Source of the DNA: the human T2T-CHM13v2.0 reference genome, Homo sapiens
Direction: 5' to 3' (one strand)
Assembly: GCF_009914755.1 (NCBI RefSeq)
Contig: NC_060925.1
Length of the DNA: 64,000 nucleotides
The notes beneath the pieces were generated by a model. The model was not told the origin of the DNA. It saw only the letters and a list, made by a program, of their open reading frames with translations, and searched no databases. Of this stretch, positions 42,381 to 56,600 are shown piece after piece; the stretch's first letter is position 1, and the number at the start of each line of letters is the position of its first letter. The position numbers were made by a program, and so were the translations under genes.

Positions 42381-45300
42381 TCTTCAAATGGAATGGAATG
42401 GAATCATCGCATAGAATCGAATGGAATTATCATCGAATGGAATCGAATGGAATCAACATCAAACGGAAAAAAACGGAATTATCGAATGGAATCGAAGAGA
42501 ATCATCGAATGGACCCGAATGGAATCATCTAATGGAATGGAATGGAATAATCCATGGACTCGAATGCAATCATCATCGAATGGAATCGAATGGAAACATC
42601 GAATGGACTCGAATGGAATAATCATTGAACGGAAACGAATGGAATCATCATCGGATGGAAATGAATGGAATCATCATCGAATGGAATCGAATAGAATTAT
42701 GGAATGAAATCCAGTGTGATCATCATCGAATGGACCCGAATGGAATCATCATCCAACGGAAGCTAATGGAATCAACATCGAATGAATCGAATGGAAACAC
42801 CATCGAATTGAAACGAATGGAATTATCATGAAATTGAAATGGATGGACTCATCATCGAATGGATTCGAATGGAATCATCGAATAAAATTGATTGAAATCA
42901 TCATCGAATGGAATCGAATGGTATCATTGAATGGAATCGAATGGAATCATCATCAGATGGAAATGAATGGAATCGTCATAGAATGGAATCGAATGGATTC
43001 ATTGAATGGAATCAGATGGAATCATCGAATGGACTGGAATGGAATCATTGAATGGACTCGAAAGGGATCATGATTGAATGGAATTGAATGGAATCATCGA
43101 ATGGTCTCGATTGGAATCATTATCAAATGGAATCGAATGGAATCACCGAATAGAATCGAATGGAACAATCATCGAATGGACTCAAATGGAATTATCCTCA
43201 AATGGAATCGAATGGAATTATCGAATGCAATCGAATGGAATTATCGAATGCAATCGAATAGAATCATCGAATGGACTCGAATGGAATCATCGAATAGAAT
43301 GGAATGGAACAGTCAATGAACTCGAATGGAATCATCATTGAATGGAATCGAATGAAATCATCGAGTGGAATCGAATGGAATTATGATCAAATGGAATCGA
43401 ATGTAATCATCATCAAATGGAATCAAAAATAACCATCATCAATTGGTATTGAATGGAATTGTCATCAAATGGAATTCAAAGGAATCATCATCAAATGGAA
43501 CCGAATGGAATCCTCATTGAATGGAAATGAAAGGGGTCATCATCTAATGGAATCGCATGGAATCATCATCAAATGGAATCGAATGGAATCATCATCAAAT
43601 GGAATCTAATGGAATCATTGAACAGAATTGAATGGACTGGTCATCGAATGAATTGAATGCAATCATCGAATGGTCTCGAATGGAATCATCTTCTAATGGA
43701 AAGGAATGGAATCATCGCATAGAATCGAATGGAATTATCATCGAATGGAATCGAATGGTATCAACACCAAACGGAAAAAAACGGAATTATCGAATGGAAT
43801 CGAAGAGAATCTTCGAACGGACCCGAATGGAATCATCTAATGGAATGGAATGGAATAATCCATGGACTCGAATGCAATCATCATCGAATGGAATCGAATG
43901 GAATCATCGAATGGACTCGAATGGAATAATCATTGAACGGAATCGAATGGAATCATCATCGGATGGAAACGAATGGAATCATCATCGAATGGAAATGAAA
44001 GGAGTCATCATCTAATGGAATTGCATGGAATCATCATAAAATGGAATCGAATGGAATCAACATCAAATGGAATCAAACGGAATCATTGAACGGAATTGAA
44101 TGGAATCGTCATCGAATGAATTGACTGCAATCATCGAATGGTCTCGAATGGAATCATCTTCAAATGGAATGGAATGGAATCATCGCATAGAATCGAATGG
44201 AATTATCATCGAATGGAATCGAATGGAATCAACATCAAACGGAAAAAAACGGAATTATCGAATGGAATCGAAGAGAATCATCGAATGGACCCGAATGGAA
44301 TCATCTAATGGAATGGAATGGAATAATCCATGGACTCGAATGCAATCATCATCGAATGGAATCGAATGGAATCATCGAATGGACTCGAATGGAATAATCA
44401 TTGAACGGAAACGAATGGAATCATCATCGGATGGAAATGAATGGAATCATCATCGAATGGAATCGAATAGAATTATGGAATGAAATCCAGTGTGATCATC
44501 ATCGAATGGACCCGAATGGAATCATCATCCAACGGAAGCTAATGGAATCAACATCGAATGAATCGAATGGAAACACCATCGAATTGAAACGAATGGAATT
44601 ATCATGAAATTGAAATGGATGGACTCATCATCGAATGGATTCGAATGGAATCATCGAATAAAATTGATTGAAATCATCATCGAATGGAATCGAATGGTAT
44701 CATTGAATGGAATCGAATGGAATCATCATCAGATGGAAATGAATGGAATCGTCATAGAATGGAATCGAATGGATTCATTGAATGGAATCAGATGGAATCA
44801 TCGAATGGACTGGAATGGAATCATTGAATGGACTCGAAAGGGATCATGATTGAATGGAATTGAATGGAATCATCGAATGGTCTCGATTGGAATCATTATC
44901 AAATGGAATCGAATGGAATCACCGAATAGAATCGAATGGAACAATCATCGAATGGACTCAAATGGAATTATCCTCAAATGGAATCGAATGGAATTATCGA
45001 ATGCAATCGAATGGAATTATCGAATGCAATCGAATAGAATCATCGAATGGACTCGAATGGAATCATCGAATAGAATGGAATGGAACAGTCAATGAACTCG
45101 AATGGAATCATCATTGAATGGAATCGAATGGAATCATCGAGTGGAATCGAATGGAATTATGATCAAATGGAATCGAATGTAATCATCATCAAATGGAATC
45201 AAAAATAACCATCATCAATTGGTATTGAATGGAATTGTCATCAAATGGAATTCAAAGGAATCATCATCAAATGGAACCGAATGGAATCCTCATTGAATGG

Positions 45301-48300
45301 AAATGAAAGGGGTCATCATCTAATGGAATCGCATGGAATCATCATCAAATGGAATCTAATGGAATCATTGAACAGAATTGAATGGACTGGTCATCGAATG
45401 AATTGAATGCAATCATCGAATGGTCTCGAATGGAATCATCTTCTAATGGAAAGGAATGGAATCATCGCATAGAATCGAATGGAATTATCATCGAATGGAA
45501 TCGAATGGTATCAACACCAAACGGAAAAAAACGGAATTATCGAATGGAATCGAAGAGAATCTTCGAACGGACCCGAATGGAATCATCTAATGGAATGGAA
45601 TGGAATAATCCATGGACTCGAATGCAATCATCATCGAATGGAATGGAATGGAATCATCGAATGGACTCGAATGGAATAATCATTGAACGGAATCGAATGG
45701 AATCATCATCGGATGGAAACGAATGGAATCATCATCGAATGGAAATGAAAGGAGTCATCATCTAATGGAATTGCATGGAATCATCATAAAATGGAATCGA
45801 ATGGAATCAACATCAAATGGAATCAAATGGAATCATTGAACGGAATTGAATGGAATCGTCATCGAATGAATTGACTGCAATCATCGAATGGTCTCGAATG
45901 GAATCATCTTCAAATGGAATGGAATGGAATCATCGCATAGAATCGAATGGAATTATCATCGAATGGAATCGAATGGAATCAACATCAAACGGAAAAAAAC
46001 GGAATTATCGAATGGAATCGAAGAGAATCATCGAATGGACCCGAATGGAATCATCTAATGGAATGGAATGGAATAATCCATGGACTCGAATGCAATCATC
46101 ATCGAATGGAATCGAATGGAATCATCGAATGGACTCGAATGGAATAATCATTGAACGGAAACGAATGGAATCATCATCGGATGGAAATGAATGGAATCAT
46201 CATCGAATGGAATCGAATAGAATTATGGAATGAAATCCAGTGTGATCATCATCGAATGGACCCGAATGGAATCATCATCCAACGGAAGCTAATGGAATCA
46301 ACATCGAATGAATCGAATGGAAACACCGTCGAATTGAAACGAATGGAATTATCATGAAATTGAAATGGATGGACTCATCATCGAATGGATTCGAATGGAA
46401 TCATCGAATAAAATTGATTGAAATCATCATCGAATGGAATCGAATGGTATCATTGAATGGAATCGAATGGAATCATCATCAGATGGAAATGAATGGAATC
46501 GTCATAGAATGGAATCGAATGGATTCATTGAATGGAATCAGATGGAATCATCGAATGGACTGGAATGGAATCATTGAATGGACTCGAAAGGGATCATGAT
46601 TGAATGGAATTGAATGGAATCATCGAATGGTCTCGATTGGAATCATTATCAAATGGAATCGAATGGAATCACCGAATAGAATCGAATGGAACAATCATCG
46701 AATGGACTCAAATGGAATTATCCTCAAATGGAATCGAATGGAATTATCGAATGCAATCGAATGGAATTATCGAATGCAATCGAATAGAATCATCGAATGG
46801 ACTCGAATGGAATCATCGAATAGAATGGAATGGAACAGTCAATGAACTCGAATGGAATCATCATTGAATGGAATCGAATGGAATCATCGAGTGGAATCGA
46901 ATGGAATTATGATCAAATGGAATCGAATGTAATCATCATCAAATGGAATCAAAAATAACCATCATCAATTGGTATTGAATGGAATTGTCATCAAATGGAA
47001 TTCAAAGGAATCATCATCAAATGGAACCGAATGGAATCCTCATTGAATGGAAATGAAAGGGGTCATCATCTAATGGAATCGCATGGAATCATCATCAAAT
47101 GGAATCTAATGGAATCATTGAACAGAATTGAATGGACTGGTCATCGAATGAATTGAATGCAATCATCGAATGGTCTCGAATGGAATCATCTTCTAATGGA
47201 AAGGAATGGAATCATCGCATAGAATCGAATGGAATTATCATCGAATGGAATCGAATGGTATCAACACCAAACGGAAAAAAACGGAATTATCGAATGGAAT
47301 CGAAGAGAATCTTCGAACGGACCCGAATGGAATCATCTAATGGAATGGAATGGAATAATCCATGGACTCGAATGCAATCATCATCGAATGGAATGGAATG
47401 GAATCATCGAATGGACTCGAATGGAATAATCATTGAACGGAATCGAATGGAATCATCATCGGATGGAAACGAATGGAATCATCATCGAATGGAAATGAAA
47501 GGAGTCATCATCTAATGGAATTGCATGGAATCATCATAAAATGGAATCGAATGGAATCAACATCAAATGGAATCAAATGGAATCATTGAACGGAATTGAA
47601 TAGAATCGTCATCGAATGAATTGACTGCAATCATCGAATGGTCTCGAATGGAATCATCTTCAAATGGAATGGAATGGAATCATCGCATAGAATCGAATGG
47701 AATTATCATCGAATGGAATCGAATGGAATCAACATCAAACGGAAAAAAACGGAATTATCGAATGGAATCGAAGAGAATCATCGAATGGACCCGAATGGAA
47801 TCATCTAATGGAATGGAATGGAATAATCCATGGACTCGAATGCAATCATCATCGAATGGAATCGAATGGAATCATCGAATGGACTCGAATGGAATAATCA
47901 TTGAACGGAAACGAATGGAATCATCATCGGATGGAAATGAATGGAATCATCATCGAATGGAATCGAATAGAATTATGGAATGAAATCCAGTGTGATCATC
48001 ATCGAATGGACCCGAATGGAATCATCATCCAACGGAAGCTAATGGAATCAACATCGAATGAATCGAATGGAAACACCATCGAATTGAAACGAATGGAATT
48101 ATCATGAAATTGAAATGGATGGACTCATCATCGAATGGATTCGAATGGAATCATCGAATAAAATTGATTGAAATCATCATCGAATGGAATCGAATGGTAT
48201 CATTGAATGGAATCGAATGGAATCATCATCAGATGGAAATGAATGGAATCGTCATAGAATGGAATCGAATGGATTCATTGAATGGAATCAGATGGAATCA

Positions 48301-50657
48301 TCGAATGGACTGGAATGGAATCATTGAATGGACTCGAAAGGGATCATGATTGAATGGAATTGAATGGAATCATCGAATGGTCTCGATTGGAATCATTATC
48401 AAATGGAATCGAATGGAATCACCGAATAGAATCGAATGGAACAATCATCGAATGGACTCAAATGGAATTATCCTCAAATGGAATCGAATGGAATTATCGA
48501 ATGCAATCGAATGGAATTATCGAATGCAATCGAATAGAATCATCGAATGGACTCGAATGGAATCATCGAATAGAATGGAATGGAACAGTCAATGAACTCG
48601 AATGGAATCATCATTGAATGGAATCGAATGGAATCATCGAGTGGAATCGAATGGAATTATGATCAAATGGAATCGAATGTAATCATCATCAAATGGAATC
48701 AAAAATAACCATCATCAATTGGTATTGAATGGAATTGTCATCAAATGGAATTCAAAGGAATCATCATCAAATGGAACCGAATGGAATCCTCATTGAATGG
48801 AAATGAAAGGGGTCATCATCTAATGGAATCGCATGGAATCATCATCAAATGGAATCGAATGGAATCATCATCAAATGGAATCTAATGGAATCATTGAACA
48901 GAATTGAATGGACTGGTCATCGAATGAATTGAATGCAATCATCGAATGGTCTCGAATGGAATCATCTTCTAATGGAAAGGAATGGAATCATCGCATAGAA
49001 TCGAATGGAATTATCATCGAATGGAATCGAATGGTATCAACACCAAACGGAAAAAAACGGAATTATCGAATGGAATCGAAGAGAATCTTCGAACGGACCC
49101 GAATGGAATCATCTAATGGAATGGAATGGAATAATCCATGGACTCGAATGCAATCATCATCGAATGGAATCGAATGGAATCATCGAATGGACTCGAATGG
49201 AATAATCATTGAACGGAATCGAATGGAATCATCATCGGATGGAAACGAATGGAATCATCATCGAATGGAAATGAAAGGAGTCATCATCTAATGGAATTGC
49301 ATGGAATCATCATAAAATGGAATCGAATGGAATCAACATCAAATGGAATCAAACGGAATCATTGAACGGAATTGAATGGAATCGTCATCGAATGAATTGA
49401 CTGCAATCATCGAATGGTCTCGAATGGAATCATCTTCAAATGGAATGGAATGGAATCATCGCATAGAATCGAATGGAATTATCATCGAATGGAATCGAAT
49501 GGAATCAACATCAAACGGAAAAAAACGGAATTATCGAATGGAATCGAAGAGAATCATCGAATGGACCCGAATGGAATCATCTAATGGAATGGAATGGAAT
49601 AATCCATGGACTCGAATGCAATCATCATCGAATGGAATCGAATGGAATCATCGAATGGACTCGAATGGAATAATCATTGAACGGAAACGAATGGAATCAT
49701 CATCGGATGGAAATGAATGGAATCATCATCGAATGGAATCGAATAGAATTATGGAATGAAATCCAGTGTGATCATCATCGAATGGACCCGAATGGAATCA
49801 TCATCCAACGGAAGCTAATGGAATCAACATCGAATGAATCGAATGGAAACACCATCGAATTGAAACGAATGGAATTATCATGAAATTGAAATGGATGGAC
49901 TCATCATCGAATGGATTCGAATGGAATCATCGAATAAAATTGATTGAAATCATCATCGAATGGAATCGAATGGTATCATTGAATGGAATCGAATGGAATC
50001 ATCATCAGATGGAAATGAATGGAATCGTCATAGAATGGAATCGAATGGATTCATTGAATGGAATCAGATGGAATCATCGAATGGACTGGAATGGAATCAT
50101 TGAATGGACTCGAAAGGGATCATGATTGAATGGAATTGAATGGAATCATCGAATGGTCTCGATTGGAATCATTATCAAATGGAATCGAATGGAATCACCG
50201 AATAGAATCGAATGGAACAATCATCGAATGGACTCAAATGGAATTATCCTCAAATGGAATCGAATGGAATTATCGAATGCAATCGAATGGAATTATCGAA
50301 TGCAATCGAGTAGAATCATCGAATGGACTCGAATGGAATCATCGAATAGAATGGAATGGAACAGTCAATGAACTCGAATGGAATCATCATTGAATGGAAT
50401 CGAATGAAATCATCGAGTGGAATCGAATGGAATTATGATCAAATGGAATCGAATGTAATCATCATCAAATGGAATCAAAAATAACCATCATCAATTGGTA
50501 TTGAATGGAATTGTCATCAAATGGAATTCAAAGGAATCATCATCAAATGGAACCGAATGGAATCCTCATTGAATGGAAATGAAAGGGGTCATCATCTAAT
50601 GGAATCGCATGGAATCATCATCAAATGGAATCTAATGGAATCATTGAACAGAATTGA
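41856..50657 (+). repeat. Homogenised sub-domain of five units (1776,1750,1750,1776,1750) sharing diagnostic variants
   Basis: All five carry AACGGAAACGAATGG and CGAATAGAATGGAATGGAACAG; four carry AATGGACTGGTCATC (43632, 45382, 47132, 48908). Confidence 0.85.
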
Positions 50658-53600
50658 ATGGAATCGTCATCGAATGAATTGAATGCAATCATCGAATGGT
50701 CTCGAATGGAATCATCTTCTAATGGAAAGGAATGGAATCATCGCATAGAATCGAATGGAATTATCATCGAATGGAATCGAATGGTATCAACACCAAACGG
50801 AAAAAAACGGAATTATCGAATGGAATCGAAGATAATCTTCGAACGGACCCGAATGGAATCATCTAATGGAATGGAATGGAATAATCCATGGACTCGAATG
50901 CAATCATCATCGAATGGAATGGAATGGAATCATCGAATGGACTCGAATGGAATAATCATTGAACGGAATCGAATGGAATCATCATCGGATGGAAACGAAT
51001 GGAATCATCATCGAATGGAAATGAAAGGAGTCATCATCTAATGCAATTGCATGGAATCATCATCAAATGGAATCGAATGGAATCAACATCAAGTGGAATC
51101 TAATGGAATCATTGAACAGAATTGAATGGAATCGTCATCGAATGAATTGACTGCAATCATCGAATGGTCTCGAATGGAATCATCTTCAAATGGAATGGAA
51201 TGGAATCATCGCATAGAATCGAATGGAATTATCATCGAATGGAATCGAATGGAATCAACATCAAACGGAAAAAAACGGAATTATCGAATGGAATCGAAGA
51301 GAATAATCGAATGGACCCGAATGGAATCATCTAATGGAATGGAATGGAATAATCCATGGACTCGAATGCAATCATCATCGAATGGAGTCGAATGGAATCA
51401 TCGAATGGACTCGAATGGAATAATCATTGAACGGAATCGAATGGAATCATCATCGGATGGAAATGAATGGAATCATCATCGAATGGAATCGAATAGAATT
51501 ATGGAATGAAATCCAGTGTGATCATCATCGAATGGACCCGAATGGAATCATCATCCAACGGAAGCTAATGGAATCAACATCGAATGAATCAAATGGAAAC
51601 ATCATCGAATTGAAACGAATGGAATTATCATGAAATTGAAATGGATGGACTCATCATCGAATGGATTCGAATGGAATCATCGAATAAAATTGATTGAAAT
51701 CATCATCGAATGGAATCGAATGGTATCATTGAATGGAATCGAATGGAATCATCATCAGATGGAAATGAATGGAATCGTCATAGAATGGAATCGAATGGAT
51801 TCATTGAATGGAATCAGATGGAATCATCGAATGGACTGGAATGGAATCATTGAATGGACTCGAAAGGGATCATGATTGAATGGAATTGAATGGAATCATC
51901 GAATGGTCTCGATTGGAATCATTATCAAATGGAATCGAATGGAATCACCGAATAGAATCGAATGGAACAATCATCGAATGGACTCAAATGGAATTATCCT
52001 CCAATGGAATCGAATGGAATTATCGAATGCAATCGAATGGAATTATCGAATGCAATCGAATAGAATCATCGAATGGACTCGAATGGAATCATCGAATGGA
52101 ATGGAATGGAACAGTCAATGAACTCGAATGGAATCATCATTGAATGGAATCGAATGGAATCATCGAGTGGAATCGAATGGAATTATGATCAAATGGAATC
52201 GAATGTAATCATCATCAAATGGAATCAAAAATAACCATCATCAATTGGTATTGAATGGAATTGTCATCAAATGGAATTCAAAGGAATCATCATCAAATGG
52301 AACCGAATGGAATCCTCATTGAATGGAAATGAAAGGGGTCATCATCTAATGGAATCGCATGGAATCATCATCAAATGGAATCGAATGGAATCATCATCAA
52401 ATGGAATCTAATGGAATCATTGAACAGAATTGAATGGAATCGTCATCGAATGAATTGAATGCAATCATCGAATGGTCTCGAATGGAATCATCTTCTAATG
52501 GAAAGGAATGGAATCATCGCATAGAATCGAATGGAATTATCATCGAATGGAATCGAATGGTATCAACACCAAACGGAAAAAAACGGAATTATCGAATGGA
52601 ATCGAAGAGAATCTTCGAACGGACCCGAATGGAATCATCTAATGGAATGGAATGGAATAATCCATGGACTCGAATGCAATCATCATCGAATGGAATCGAA
52701 TGGAATCATCGAATGGACTCGAATGGAATAATCATTGAACGGAATCGAATGGAATCATCATCGGATGGAAACGAATGGAATCATCATCGAATGGAAATGA
52801 AAGGAGTCATCATCTAATGGAATTGCATGGAATCATCATAAAATGGAATCGAATGGAATCAACATCAAATGGAATCAAATGGAATCATTGAACGGAATTG
52901 AATGGAATCGTCATCGAATGAATTGACTGCAATCATCGAATGGTCTCGAATGGAATCATCTTCAAATGGAAGGGAATGGAATCATCGCATAGAATCGAAT
53001 GGAATTATCATCGAATGGAATCGAATGGAATCAACATCAAACGGAAAAAAACGGAATTATCGAATGGAATCGAAGAGAATCATCGAATGGACCCGAATGG
53101 AATCATCTAATGGAATGGAATGGAATAATCCATGGACTCGAATGCAATCATCATCGAATGGAATCGAATGGAATCATCGAATGAACTCGAATGGAATCAT
53201 CATTGAATGGAATCGAATGGAATCATCGAGTGGAATCGAATGGAATTATGATCAAATGGAATCGAATGTAATCATCATCAAATGGAATCAAAAATAACCA
53301 TCATCAATTGGTATTGTATGGAATTGTCATCAAATGGAATTCAAAGGAATCATCATAAAATGGAACCGAATGGAATCCTCATTGAATGGAAATGAAAGGG
53401 GTCATCATCTAATGGAATCGCATGGAATCATCATCAAATGGAATCGAATGGAATCATCATCAAATGGAATCTAATGGAATCATTGAACAGAATTGAATGG
53501 AATCGTCATCGAATGAATTGAATGCAATCATCGAATGGTCTCGAATGGAATCATCTTCTAATGGAAAGGAATGGAATCATCGCATAGAATCGAATGGAAT

Positions 53601-56600
53601 TATCATCGAATGGAATCGAATGGTATCAACACCAAACGGAAAAAAACGGAATTATCGAATGGAATCGAAGAGAATCTTCGAACGGACCCGAATGGAATCA
53701 TCTAATGGAATGGAATGGAATAATCCATGGACTCGAATGCAATCATCATCGAATGGAATCGAATGGAATCATCGAATGGACTCGAATGGAATAATCATTG
53801 AACGGAATCGAATGGAATCATCATCGGATGGAAACGAATGGAATCATCATCGAATGGAAATGAAAGGAGTCATCATCTAATGGAATTGCATGGAATCATC
53901 ATAAAATGGAATCGAATGGAATCAACATCAAATGGATTCAAATGGAATCATTGAACGGAATTGAATGGAATCGTCATCGAATGAATTGACTGCAATCATC
54001 GAATGGTCTCGAATGGAATCATCTTCAAATGGAATGGAATGGAATCATCGCATAGAATCGAATGGAATTATCATCGAATGGAATCGAATGGAATCAACAT
54101 CAAACGGAAAAAAACGGAATTATCGAATGGAATCGAAGAGAATCATCGAATGGACCCGAATGGAATCATCTAATGGAATGGAATGGAATAATCCATGGAC
54201 TCGAATGCAATCATCATCGAATGGAATCGAATGGAATCATCGAATGGACTCGAATGGAATAATCATTGAACGGAAACGAATGGAATCATCATCGGATGGA
54301 AATGAATGGAATCATCATCGAATGGAATCGAATAGAATTATGGAATGAAATCCAGTGTGATCATCATTGAATGGACCCGAATGGAATCATCATCCAACGG
54401 AAGCTAATGGAATCAACATCGAATGAATCGAATGGAAACACCATCGAATTGAAACGAATGGAATTATCATGAAATTGAAATGGATGGACTCATCATCGAA
54501 TGGATTCGAATGGAATCATCGAACAAAATTGATTGAAATCATCATCGAATGGAATCGAATGGTATCATTGAATGGAATCGAATGGAATCATCATCAGATG
54601 GAAATGAATGGAATCGTCATAGAATGGAATCGAATGGATTCATTGAATGGAATCAGATGGAATCATCGAATGGACTGGAATGGAATCATTGAATGGACTC
54701 GAAAGGGATCATGATTGAATGGAATTGAATGGAATCATCGAATGGTCTCGATTGGAATCATTATCAAATGGAATCGAATGTAATCACCGAATAGAATCGA
54801 ATGGAACAATCATCGAATGGACTCAAATGGAATTATCCTCAAATGGAATCGAATGGAATTATCGAATGCAATCGAATGGAATTATCGAATGCAATCGAAT
54901 AGAATCATCGAATGGACTCGAATGGAATCATCGAATAGAATGGAATGGAACAGTCAATGAACTCGAATGGAATCATCATTGAATGGAATCGAATGGAATC
55001 ATCGAGTGGAATCGAATGGAATTATGATCAAATGGAATCGAATGTAATCATCATCAAATGGAATCAAAAATAACCATCATCAATTGGTATTGAATGGAAT
55101 TGTCATCAAATGGAATTCAAAGGAATCATCATCAAATGGAACCGAATGGAATCCTCATTGAATGGAAATGAAAGGGGTCATCATCTAATGGAATCGCATG
55201 GAATCATCATCAAATGGAATCGAATGGAATCATCATCAAATGGAATCTAATGGAATCATTGAACAGAATTGAATGGAATGGTCATCGAATGAATTGAATG
55301 CAATCATCGAATGGTCTCGAATGGAATCATCTTCTAATGGAAAGGAATGGAATCATCGCATAGAATCGAATGGAATTATCATCGAATGGAATCGAATGGT
55401 ATCAACACCAAACGGAAAAAAACGGAATTATCGAATGGAATCGAAGAGAATCTTCGAACGGACCCGAATGGAATCATCTAATGGAATGGAATGGAATAAT
55501 CCATGGACTCGAATGCAATCATCATCGAATGGAATCGAATGGAATCATCGAATGGACTCGAATGGAATAATCATTGAACGGAATCGAATGGAATCATCAT
55601 CGGATGGAAACGAATGGAATCATCATCGAATGGAAATGAAAGGAGTCATCATCTAATGGAATTGCATGGAATCATCATAAAATGGAATCGAATGGAATCA
55701 ACATCAAATGGAATCAAATGGAATCATTGAACGGAATTGAATGGAATCGTCATCGAATGAATTGACTGCAATCATCGAATGGTCTCGAATGGAATCATCT
55801 TCAAATGGAATGGAATGGAATCATCGCATAAAATCGAATGGAATTATCATCGAATGGAATCGAATGGAATCAACATCAAACGGAAAAAAACGGAATTATC
55901 GAATGGAATCGAAGAGAATCATCGAATGGACCCGAATGGAATCATCTAATGGAATGGAATGGAATAATCCATGGACTCGAATGCAATCATCATCGAATGG
56001 AATCGAATGGAATCATCGAATGAACTCGAATGGAATCATCATTGAATGGAATCGAATGGAATCATCGAGTGGAATCGAATGGAATTATGATCAAATGGAA
56101 TCGAATGTAATCATCATCAAATGGAATCAAAAATAACCATCATCAATTGGTATTGAATGGAATTGTCATCAAATGGAATTCAAAGGAATCATCATCAAAT
56201 GGAACCGAATGGAATCCTCATTGAATGGAAATGAAAGGGGTCATCATCTAATGGAATCACATGGAATCATCATCAAATGGAATCGAATGGAATCATCATC
56301 AAATGGAATCTAATGGAATCATTGAACAGAATTGAATGGAATCGTCATCGAATGAATTGAATGCAATCATCGAATGGTCTCGAATGGAATCATCTTCTAA
56401 TGGAAAGGAATGGAATCATCGCATAGAATCGAATGGAATTATCATCGAATGGAATCGAATGGTATCAACACCAAACGGAAAAAAACGGAATTATCGAATG
56501 GAATCGAAGAGAATCTTCGAACGGACCCGAATGGAATCATCTAATGGAATGGAATGGAATAATCCATGGACTCGAATGCAATCATCATCGAATGGAATCG

